Virus record (IMG/VR): IMGVR_UViG_3300031813_001387 | Origin: an uncultured virus (IMG/VR IMGVR_UViG_3300031813_001387) | Taxonomy: Duplodnaviria > Heunggongvirae > Uroviricota > Caudoviricetes | Reading direction: 5' to 3' (one strand) | DNA: 20,000 nucleotides | Part shown: in pieces, positions 9,289 through 16,502 of the stretch | How the letters are laid out: every line of letters starts with the position of its first letter | How positions within the stretch are numbered: the first letter of the stretch is position 1 | The notes under the pieces: model-generated | Seen by the model: the letters and a program-made list of their open reading frames with translations, nothing else | The model's database searches: none | Told to the model about the DNA's origin: nothing | Made by a program: the position numbers and the translations under genes

Positions 9289-9936
9289 CTAAAGGCAGTT
9301 CATGTACACGTTGTGGATCTCTTCCGGCTGGATACAGATATAACGAAGTGTGACCGCCTGGGAGGAGTGCCCCAAGATCTCGGTTAGCTTGGGGAGTTCT
9401 TCCCCGAAGGTAACCCGCTGATGGTATGCCCACGTTTTCCTAAGGCTGTGGCTTCCAAAGTTGTCCTTCGGCTGTGACTTCCGGCAAGTACTGCACCAAT
9501 CCTTAACCAGCCGGTTGAGCTGCTGGATAGTCAGTTGTCCGGCGCTAGGCTCCATGGTGGTGGTGCCCTTGGCAGTTGTCTTGGTGACGGCCTTCCTCGT
9601 AGCCTGCTTCCGACTCTGGAACAAGAGGTCTTCGTCCTGGGGGTTGGTCATGGAACCTATGAGGCTCTGGGCTGCGGTCACGGCTGAAGCGTTGAAGGAG
9701 AGGTTGCGCACCTTTCCGGTCTTGCCTTCCTTGACTGCCACGGTATCACCTTCTTTTAGGTGCCGTACATGCCCTACCTTCAGGGCCAGGAGGTCGGAAC
9801 CGCGAAGCGCAACATTGATGCCGATGGTGAACAAGGCGAGGTCGCGGGTGTTACCCTCCAGGCTCTTCTTGATTCGGTTAATATCGGCGATGCTCTTGAT
9901 CGGTGCGGTGGTTGTATCGGTCCCTTGTATGCTCAT
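9289..9936 (-). CDS. Small catalytic-domain-only tyrosine recombinase (resolvase-like)
   Basis: RDLALFTIGINVALRGSDLLAL, EGKTGK, HSLRKTWAY and LGHSSQAVTLRYI give a full R-K-H-R-H-Y set. Start placed at ATG 9936 after an AGGGAGG RBS. Confidence 0.9.
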   Translation of the reverse strand: MSIQGTDTTTAPIKSIADINRIKKSLEGNTRDLALFTIGINVALRGSDLLALKVGHVRHLKEGDTVAVKEGKTGKVRNLSFNASAVTAAQSLIGSMTNPQDEDLLFQSRKQATRKAVTKTTAKGTTTMEPSAGQLTIQQLNRLVKDWCSTCRKSQPKDNFGSHSLRKTWAYHQRVTFGEELPKLTEILGHSSQAVTLRYICIQPEEIHNVYMNCL

Positions 9937-9950
9937 TGTACCCTCCCTTG

Positions 9951-10097
9951 AATGTTCATTTATGGTTATTTCTATCATAAGTGAACATTTATTGCAAGTG
10001 CCATTCTCACCTGAAGAAGGAAAAACGGGCTAAGTGGCGTCGTAGCAAAGAGAAAACTCGTTTTACCCAATGTTCACTTATTCACAAAGTGAACATT
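9951..10097. promoter_or_regulatory. Putative recombination (res-like) site and operator of the small recombinase
   Basis: Four copies of AAGTGAACATT-like arms in two inverted pairs: 9951-9964/9976-9989 (13/14 match) and a perfect AATGTTCACTT-attcaca-AAGTGAACATT (10069-10097). Confidence 0.65.
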
Positions 10098-10213
10098 CAA
10101 CAGTGTAAATGTGACCAGTTAGGCTTACCGTTAAAATACTTTCTTGTCCCCGGTTAATGTGGTATGAAGAAGGCACTAGAGCGGTATCAATCACTGACTC
10201 TCAGGGGGGCAGC

Positions 10214-10582
10214 ATGGCCGGTGAGCTGGTAAGCAGAATCCTCAGATCGAAGACGAATCTAACAGATCAGGAAATTGAAGCGATGAAAGACCCGGAGGGG
10301 TGGCGTCTGATCTACAGCCTTAATCCGGTGAAGGTACAGCGGCCCAAGAAGGAAACTATCTGCTTCACCGGGTTTTCACCCCAGACCAAAGAGAGCCTAC
10401 ACGGCACTGCCGCCGAAAGAGGCCTGCATGTGGTCGAATCCGTCACCACAACACTTACATATTTGTGCTACGGTAATAACGCCGGTCCTGTCAAGATGAA
10501 GAAAGCGAAGGAAATAAACTCAATCCTGATGACAGAAGATGAATTTATGGAATTCATCCACACCGGAGTCATTCCAGGTTAG
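10214..10582 (+). CDS. Stand-alone BRCT-domain protein
   Basis: C-terminal TICFTGF...GLHVVESVTTTLTYLCYGNNAGPVKMKKAKE...LMTEDEF matches the ligase-type BRCT pattern. Start moved to ATG 10214 (GGGGGG RBS). Confidence 0.8.
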   Translation: MAGELVSRILRSKTNLTDQEIEAMKDPEGWRLIYSLNPVKVQRPKKETICFTGFSPQTKESLHGTAAERGLHVVESVTTTLTYLCYGNNAGPVKMKKAKEINSILMTEDEFMEFIHTGVIPG

Positions 10583-10609
10583 GAATCAGCCGCTTTTCAG
10601 GAGGAAAAC

Positions 10610-11254
10610 TTGGAAAAAATATCTGCAAAGAGAATGACAGATCTGATTGCCACTTTTGTTGACGGATATGCTGACGGCTGGTTTATGGCGGTAAAAGAGT
10701 GCTTCAAAGAACAGCTTGACATAAGATACACTGAAAAGGTGATAACTGTAGAAGCAGCAGACGGAACAAAGAAAAAAAGAATCATCTCTGAGTGGACCCA
10801 AGGCGTTTGCTACTGCTTTGCAAGGGAACACATGCTTTACGATACTCCTAAGGCCTATCTTCCTTGGGCGGAGGCGCTGCAGCACATGAACCTTGCTTGC
10901 AAGATCACATCCTCCTCCCCTAACGAACTCATACGAAACGAGGACGAAGAGCTGAAGAACGAGGTAACGGGGAACGAGGAATGGAAGGGCAAGAAAACGA
11001 AGAGCAAGAAGCCGAAGGGCTACACACTTCAACCGGGCCACGTCTTCTTCAAGCTGTTCAAGCCTAACTCTGAGTGCTCGGCACTGGTAGAAGTGGGAGA
11101 CTTCCACCTTACGCAAAATCAGTTCGTTGAATTCCTGATGACTGGAAAGTATGAGTTTCAGGACGAAATTCTACCCCGGCAGGCTTCGCAGGATGCCCTA
11201 GAATCGCCGATCTCAGGCCAGGACATAGCAGGACAAGGTGCTTTCTCCTTCTAA
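10610..11254 (+). CDS. Hypothetical protein (214 aa)
   Basis: Long ORF 27 bp after the BRCT gene, GGAGG RBS before the TTG start; no family recognised. Confidence 0.7.
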   Translation: MEKISAKRMTDLIATFVDGYADGWFMAVKECFKEQLDIRYTEKVITVEAADGTKKKRIISEWTQGVCYCFAREHMLYDTPKAYLPWAEALQHMNLACKITSSSPNELIRNEDEELKNEVTGNEEWKGKKTKSKKPKGYTLQPGHVFFKLFKPNSECSALVEVGDFHLTQNQFVEFLMTGKYEFQDEILPRQASQDALESPISGQDIAGQGAFSF

Positions 11255-11474
11255 GCATTTTCTGTGCCCAAGCAACGAGTATTTAGAGTTATTAATTGAC
11301 TGAATTGACGTGCTGTGGTAAAACGCAGAAGTTCCGGTTCGGAACGACTATGCTATAAGGTATATCAGTAATCCCTCTCCCTCCCAATCCCCAACAGATC
11401 ACCTGCAGGCGAGCGAAGCGAACCCCGCAAAAGTACTCAAGAAATATTTTCCACCTACAACAGTAAAAAATTAA

Positions 11475-11517
11475 AGAACTGGCCGATTTCCTTGGAGGTG
11501 ACCGCCAGTTCTCTTTT
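11475..11517 (+). terminator. Putative intrinsic terminator
   Basis: AGAACTGGC...GCCAGTTCT stem followed by CTTTT, located between convergent genes. Confidence 0.45.
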
Positions 11518-11644
11518 CATAGCAAGATCCAGGGGAACACTGCACCTTACCATTTATATGCTGCTTGCGGTGAACACTCCCGCACAGCCGTTGTCGTTTC
11601 TTCGCTTCAGCTTCCAGCATGGGAACCACAGCCTTATGTGATTG

Positions 11645-11980
11645 CTACTTTTCCGCGAGGCCCGTTACGATGTCCACAACGCTGCTGCGTAGGGTTGGCG
11701 AAACACGTCTGAATGCCTTTAGGAGCTTTGACTCTTCTTCGGAAAGAGTGCTGACAGCATACGATGATGCGTCAAAGAAAGATGATACCGGAATATTAAG
11801 GGTGACAGCAATCTGCTGCAACCTCATAAGATTGATCTTCGTTGCAGCTCGCTCATATTTCTGCACCTGCTGAAATGTCACTCCTAGCTCTTCCGCCAAT
11901 CCCTCCTGCGTCAAGCCAGCCAACAAGCGGAGTTCCTTTATCTTCTTGCCAATGGCTATGTTGTCCATAGGTATCTGCAT
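11645..11980 (-). CDS. XRE-family HTH transcriptional regulator
   Basis: IGKKIKELRLLAGLTQEGLAEELGVTFQQVQKYER...RLQQIA..L is a classic HTH_3 pattern. Start uncertain (ATG 11980 or 11968). Confidence 0.88.
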   Translation of the reverse strand: MQIPMDNIAIGKKIKELRLLAGLTQEGLAEELGVTFQQVQKYERAATKINLMRLQQIAVTLNIPVSSFFDASSYAVSTLSEEESKLLKAFRRVSPTLRSSVVDIVTGLAEK

Positions 11981-12134
11981 ATCCGCGTGCCTTTTTTGCC
12001 TGCGAGCATACAGCCGTAGGATTTTGTGTGCCACGCACAGATGCTGCTTGATTTACTTGGAATTACACCTCAGGGGTTGTATAAGAGAGGTTTCCGTTTA
12101 GATCGGACAATGCCATGGAATTTAGGGAGAGGGA

Positions 12135-12629
12135 ATGAAGAGACTGGTTGCTTGTGTCGGTGTGATGACGATGCTTGGTTGTGGTGGTGGTAATGGCGGC
12201 ACAGGGGCTACGGCAATAGATTCCTACGCTGGGACATGGGGCTATAGCGACTCGCACACCAATATACGTATGAGCTTGAGTACAGCAAACAATAACTTCG
12301 GATACGATGGGAGCATACACGTTGACACTACTGACGGCACCGGTATGTCAGACGCCTTTGGCCGGTACTCATCGACTACAGTAATATCTCCTGGTGGTCG
12401 TAATGGATACCCTGTGACTGTTCCCCTGGGGTTTCATACCGGCAGCTTCGACTCTCAGAGCTTTAACGATACAGCGTCAGCCCCCACTCAGTACGGTCTC
12501 TTGGAGGGCGCGATGGTAAACGTCTCCAAACCGGCCCCCAACTCAGACCCTACGTATTCAAAGCTAACCTGCAGCATCTACGTTTACGGAGAATCGGAGC
12601 CGGTGGAGTACGCTTTAACCAGAAGATAG
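12135..12629 (+). CDS. Hypothetical lipoprotein
   Basis: GGAGAGG RBS, MKR + hydrophobic stretch + MLG-C lipobox, Gly-rich linker, then YAGTW and a beta-rich body. Confidence 0.78.
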   Translation: MKRLVACVGVMTMLGCGGGNGGTGATAIDSYAGTWGYSDSHTNIRMSLSTANNNFGYDGSIHVDTTDGTGMSDAFGRYSSTTVISPGGRNGYPVTVPLGFHTGSFDSQSFNDTASAPTQYGLLEGAMVNVSKPAPNSDPTYSKLTCSIYVYGESEPVEYALTRR

Positions 12630-12673
12630 CTCGCAACCTTGTCAATCCAGCACCCCAGCAGAGAGGTGGATTC

Positions 12674-13069
12674 CTAATCCCAAGGCAGGGAGGTGTCTCT
12701 GTGGTCGATCTCCGGTAGATCCTCTGCATTTAAGTCGGCCTTATCTGCTTCGGGATCATGGATCTTATTGAGTTGAGCACGGTACGGGCTAAATTCATCC
12801 CGGTGACTCTGCAGTGGGTCGCGGTCGATGAGACCGTCGAACTGTGGTTTGTAGATGTCCAGGCTAGACGGCGGAGTTTTCTTGCGTTTGCTGTTGAACC
12901 TGGGCCGCTTGTAGCTGTTCTCCGAGGGATACCATACCCCGCACCGGCAACGGGTGCCGGGGTTTGCGGAGTAGCTACCGCAGAAAAAGCAGCGGTTGCG
13001 GTCGCCAGCGTAAGGGATCTCGATGTTACTACGCCGTGGTCTTGGTAGATGAAGAGTATGTTCTGTCAT
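12674..13069 (-). CDS. Hypothetical protein with possible Zn ribbon
   Basis: CFFCG...CRCG Cys cluster, basic middle region and acidic tail; co-oriented with the rep gene cluster. Confidence 0.55.
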   Translation of the reverse strand: MTEHTLHLPRPRRSNIEIPYAGDRNRCFFCGSYSANPGTRCRCGVWYPSENSYKRPRFNSKRKKTPPSSLDIYKPQFDGLIDRDPLQSHRDEFSPYRAQLNKIHDPEADKADLNAEDLPEIDHRDTSLPWD

Positions 13070-13152
13070 GTAAATTACTTACCTGTTTAGCTCTTGGTTA
13101 GGGTTGGGTTAGGGTGGAAAGTCGGCCTGTAAGGCAAATTTGGAAGCCGAGG

Positions 13153-13314
13153 TTATGGTTCTACAGTAATGGAGTGGGGCGATAGGCCCTGGAGCTTCAG
13201 CCAAGCCTTGGTAACGGCTTCGGCGATAGCTGCTGAGGTCGCCGGGATGGTGACGCGCCGGGTGGTGGTCGTGCTACTGGGCTTGGTCGAGTAGCTCACG
13301 ATGTAGGGCCGCAT
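13153..13314 (-). CDS. Small hypothetical protein (53 aa), not in ORF track
   Basis: AGGAG RBS before ATG 13314; MRPYIVSYSTKPSSTTTTRRVTIPATSAAIAEAVTKAWLKLQGLSPHSITVEP*. Confidence 0.6.
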   Translation of the reverse strand: MRPYIVSYSTKPSSTTTTRRVTIPATSAAIAEAVTKAWLKLQGLSPHSITVEP

Positions 13315-13334
13315 GAGGTCTCCTAGAACGAATA

Positions 13335-13357
13335 GAGCCGCCTTTCGGGGGCGGCTC
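13335..13357 (-). terminator. GC-rich hairpin, possible terminator/attenuator
   Basis: GAGCCGCC-7 nt-GGCGGCTC followed by TATT on the minus strand. Confidence 0.5.
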
Positions 13358-13403
13358 CTAGTGTTGGTCTGAGGTGTGACGGGTCTGGTTAAGCAGCTCC
13401 GAT

Positions 13404-13652
13404 TCAGTCCTGGGGAATGAGAGTGACAAGGTAGATAGCACCCAAGATCACGCGCTGTTCTGCGATGAAATAGGAACGGCCTGCCTTGTCCTTGATCTCG
13501 GTGCCGGGGATGAGGTCGTACTCAGGACCGGCTAGGATCTGGATAACCGGGGTCGGGATCGCTTTGAAGTCGTAACCGCTGTGCGGCATATAGTTTGCGC
13601 CGGTATCCCGGATGGTGTGGGTGAGTCTGTTGGTAAAGTCAGGAAGTAGCAT
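13404..13652 (-). CDS. Hypothetical protein (82 aa)
   Basis: GAGGA RBS before ATG; co-oriented in the small-gene cluster. Confidence 0.65.
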   Translation of the reverse strand: MLLPDFTNRLTHTIRDTGANYMPHSGYDFKAIPTPVIQILAGPEYDLIPGTEIKDKAGRSYFIAEQRVILGAIYLVTLIPQD

Positions 13653-13779
13653 GTAATCCTCTTGGGTCTGCAGGTTGAAGGAAGTGGGCCACGTCGGACA
13701 TGACGCGCCGTGGCCCGGTACGGAGACCCCGGCATATCCCTGCCGGGTGGGTTGTCCGTGACGGAGGGCACGGAAATGA

Positions 13780-13998
13780 TTAACGAGTAGATAGCTGGAT
13801 CTGTGCCAGCTTTATGACGATGCTTGTGGTGTCCAGGAGTTCCTTCGTATCGCAGAGTTCATTGGCATACTGGGCGATACCGTCCTTAACAAACGACTTT
13901 AACTGAAAGTCGCTGAAGCTGTCGGTCGAAACGGTAGGATCAGCCTTGAGGTCTGCGACGATCTGATCTAGAAACTGTTCCTGTTTGGAGGTGACCAT
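13780..13998 (-). CDS. Hypothetical protein (72 aa)
   Basis: TAATG coupling to the upstream ORF, GGAGG RBS. Confidence 0.7.
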   Translation of the reverse strand: MVTSKQEQFLDQIVADLKADPTVSTDSFSDFQLKSFVKDGIAQYANELCDTKELLDTTSIVIKLAQIQLSTR

Positions 13999-14282
13999 TA
14001 GCGAGCCTCCACACAGACCCGGCTAAGAGCCTCCTTGGCGCTCACTTCAAGATCTGTGAGAAACTTCAGCGCAACCGCTTTCAGATACCCCACAACATCG
14101 GGCCGGTTGGAGTACTTGGCCGACAGTTCAGCCAGCCGGTAGGCGAAAACTCCCTTGTTGTTAAGTGCGACTTCGGCGGTTGCTGCGCGGAGGAGGTCAA
14201 GAACATCCTCCTTGAGTGCGAGGTCAACCGGGTTGCTGGTTTCAAATTCGTCGATGGTGCTGTTGATTGCTTCGGGTTTCAT
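13998..14282 (-). CDS. Hypothetical helical protein (94 aa)
   Basis: AAGGAG RBS; first gene downstream of rep. Confidence 0.72.
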   Translation of the reverse strand: MKPEAINSTIDEFETSNPVDLALKEDVLDLLRAATAEVALNNKGVFAYRLAELSAKYSNRPDVVGYLKAVALKFLTDLEVSAKEALSRVCVEAR

Positions 14283-14321
14283 ACGATCTCCTTATAGGGA
14301 AGTGAGTGGTTTCAGATAGAG

Positions 14322-14382
14322 GGATGCGCAGGGCCTGCGGCCCTAGCGAGCGCATCCGACAGCCTCGGCCTGCGGCCTCGGC
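14322..14382 (-). other. ssDNA-type hairpin pair (candidate single-strand origin / packaging signal)
   Basis: Minus strand reads GCC-GA-GGCC-GCA-GGCC-GA-GGC and GGATGCGC...AGGGCC-GCA-GGCCCT-GCGCATCC, i.e. GCA triloops and tandem GA mismatches. Confidence 0.5.
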
Positions 14383-14497
14383 AACTGATGAAAGCGGGAA
14401 TTTTTTGTGTTTATTGCGGTCCTGTAAATACCTGAAATTGCGAATGGAAAAGAGGGGGTGGGGAAATAGACGTACATAGTCTCTGCTTATTTCCCCA

Positions 14498-15421
14498 TCA
14501 AAAATCGAGTGTAGCGACCTCGTAAGACTCCTTTGCCTGCTGCAAGATCTGCTGTAGTCCATCCGCATCCTGCCGTTGTTCCATTCGGCGAATTGTGCGT
14601 AACGCCTTGCCAACATCCGTTGCACTAGCACCCCGGAACCGCCAGGGGTTCTTTTCCTTCGGTAGCCTTTTGATCTTGCACCGGGCCACATCACCAAGGA
14701 AGTCTGTCCACCAAGGCTCTACCTTCCGGCGCTCCTTCTTGCCTCCAGCCTGGAGAAAGTCGAGCTTGCCACGGAGAAGGCCAGCGTAATACTCACCGGC
14801 ATCCTTCCCAGAGAGTAGCGTCCTGATGATCTCTGCGCAGTCTTCGCGGTTCTGTATCCTCTGCTCCAGGCAGAGCCAAGGGAAGTCAACTTCTTCAGTC
14901 TGCTGCCGGTCGTAAATCACGAGGTAGTTATCTGAGTGCTCAGAGCCAAGCACAATACGCCTGATCGGCTGCAGTTCGATCTTGGGGGCGTTACCCTTGC
15001 CCCGGTTGAATCTAGTCCTGATCCTGTCTTTGAAGTTTGGCGCGAGGCAAAGATTAACCATCGTGTCATACGGTAGGTAGTTGTTCACGTCCTGGGTGGC
15101 AATGTCGATGCGGCAGATGTTACCGCCATTATCCAGCGCGAACTTTCCTAGCTTCGCAATGTCGAGTCCTAAGGTATCAAGGCCAGTCCCGGAAACATCA
15201 AAGCAGGTAGATCCTTTGTTCTTCATCCATCCGTTTCGGTAAACACTAACAAGCTCCTGAAGCGTCTTACAATCGCGGTAGTAGTCCCGCTGTTTGAATG
15301 TTCGCTCAAACTTACTGTAGCCGTGGCCGAAAAGATCAAGACAGATTGCTTCTAGTTCCTCATCGGTGTACTCTTTGGGGATGGTGAATTTAAACCAGTG
15401 CGGCGAGATAACTGCTTTCAA
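14498..15421 (-). CDS. Rep_trans-family (replication initiation factor / MOBT-like) rolling-circle initiator
   Basis: HWFKFT, FDVSGTG, ICRIDIATQD, IVLGSEHSDNYLVIYDR and WLCLEQR parallel the Rep_trans motifs DxxxxT, SGxG, RxDxAxD, YxG..S....IYxK and WxRxE. TTG start with AGGAG RBS. Confidence 0.8.
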   Translation of the reverse strand: MKAVISPHWFKFTIPKEYTDEELEAICLDLFGHGYSKFERTFKQRDYYRDCKTLQELVSVYRNGWMKNKGSTCFDVSGTGLDTLGLDIAKLGKFALDNGGNICRIDIATQDVNNYLPYDTMVNLCLAPNFKDRIRTRFNRGKGNAPKIELQPIRRIVLGSEHSDNYLVIYDRQQTEEVDFPWLCLEQRIQNREDCAEIIRTLLSGKDAGEYYAGLLRGKLDFLQAGGKKERRKVEPWWTDFLGDVARCKIKRLPKEKNPWRFRGASATDVGKALRTIRRMEQRQDADGLQQILQQAKESYEVATLDF

Positions 15422-15570
15422 CGGGTGTTCTCCTGGGTGACTTAGACAGATTGCCTTTTATCGGTTTATTGTGCTTCCTACTGTTTTATATACGTAGAAG
15501 TCGCCCATTTTTCCGCAGGAGATGAAAAAATTTAAATATGGTTTTGCTAGGAGGGAGGGCGTGTCAGTTC

Positions 15571-15588
15571 TCCCCGTTTAGGTGGGGA
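15571..15588 (-). other. Candidate nick site (dso/oriT) of the Rep_trans protein
   Basis: Minus strand TCCCC-ACCTAAAC-GGGGA is a hairpin with CTAA in the loop, 150 bp upstream of rep, resembling pT181/Tn916/ICEBs1-type nick hairpins. Confidence 0.45.
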
Positions 15589-15988
15589 TCTGGGTAAGGT
15601 AACTTGTCAACCAAAAGTCAAAATCAAGTTGACAGCTAACGTGCAGGATCTGTATGGCTGTTGATCTATCAAAAAGATAAATTTTATCCCCTGATCTTTT
15701 GAGATTGAACTGCGGGGATGTGGGAGTGGTACAGGTTAGGTTGTCATCAGATAACCACTGATGTGGATCTTGGGGAACTGAACGAAGACTGTAACCGGCT
15801 GGGTGACCAGTGGGCGGGGAGGGATAGCACCGCTATCTGAGCGCAGCAAGATTTACCTTGAAACTGAGTTACAAACTGTGATACAAAGACACTCCTGTAA
15901 ATGTGGAAGTAAGACTTCTCTAATTTAAAAGTTCAAGATTTTTGCGGGCTTGGGATACATGCAGTTTATTGTATGGAATGGGGCCTAG

Positions 15989-16010
15989 CCCCACTATCCA
16001 CCCCAATTTT
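15989..16010 (+). repeat. attR core (displaced tRNA-His 3' end)
   Basis: CCCCACTATCCACCCCAATTTT, identical to 7006-7027. Confidence 0.93.
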
Positions 16011-16053
16011 GAAAGGAACCCCGTGAAAGCGGGGTTTCCTGTTTGCACGGCAT

Positions 16054-16138
16054 GCGAGAGTGGCGGAATTGGCAGACGCACCAGACTTAGGATCTGGCAC
16101 CTTCGGGTATGGGAGTTCAAGTCTCCTCTCTCGCACCA
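16054..16138 (+). tRNA. tRNA-Leu(TAG)
   Basis: Acceptor GCGAGAG/CTCTCGC, anticodon arm CCAGA-ctTAGga-TCTGG, long variable arm, GTTCAAG T loop, CCA; 85 nt. Confidence 0.97.
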
Positions 16139-16154
16139 ACTAGTTGAAATTGTT

Positions 16155-16185
16155 AGGGTTTCTGGTTATCCAGGGACCCTTTTTT
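16155..16185 (+). terminator. Intrinsic terminator after tRNA-Leu
   Basis: AGGGTTTCTGG-ttat-CCAGGGACCCT followed by TTTTT. Confidence 0.75.
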
Positions 16186-16502
16186 GCGTTGTATTTTACC
16201 CTTCCAAAAGGCTCCGTGTCATCTTTTATGTCATCTGTAATCGGGAAAGAATTGCCCTTTGCCTGGTGACCAGGAGGCCATTTGCATTCGGCTACAGCAA
16301 GGTTGGTTCTAGCGCTTTGGGCCCTTTTTTAAGGTGCGCGGCGTCCAGATGCCACGCTTGACCCGCTGTGGACTAGATCTCCGTGGCCTCATCTGGCGGA
16401 ATACCGCCCTCCTACGCGATCACATGTGTACCAACTTCTTGGCAGTCCCGGCTGAACCACTAATTTATTAGTCTCCAGGAAAGAACCCTTGCACCTTCAC
16501 CG

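Larger units (their letters stand above)
7006..16010. mobile_element. ~9.0-kb integrative element in tRNA-His with two tyrosine recombinases and a Rep_trans rolling-circle initiator (IME/satellite-like)
   Basis: 22-bp direct repeats at both ends duplicate the tRNA-His 3' end. The integrase sits immediately inside, GC drops abruptly, and the tRNA cluster resumes (tRNA-Leu) 43 bp after the right repeat. Confidence 0.92.

Noticed and set aside
13096..13117. Telomere-like GGTTAGGGTTGGGTTAGGGTGG / G-quadruplex
   Set aside because: Only three GGG tracts in 22 bp; compatible with chance.
13686..13774. Known riboswitch or self-cleaving ribozyme
   Set aside because: No hammerhead CUGANGA/GAAA core or c-di-GMP riboswitch consensus is recognisable on either strand; kept only as an unknown structure.
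14242..14697. 151-aa minus ORF overlapping the rep 3' end
   Set aside because: Overlaps rep and the next gene out of frame, has Arg/Ser-rich non-protein-like composition, and crosses the hairpin region.
15989..16005. Second tRNA-His gene
   Set aside because: Only the 3' 17 nt are present; it is the att duplication.
7006..16010. Autonomous filamentous (Inovirus) or tailed prophage, or ICE
   Set aside because: No recognisable Zot/pI ATPase, coat-protein cluster, terminase/capsid, VirB4 or coupling protein within the att-bounded 9 kb.
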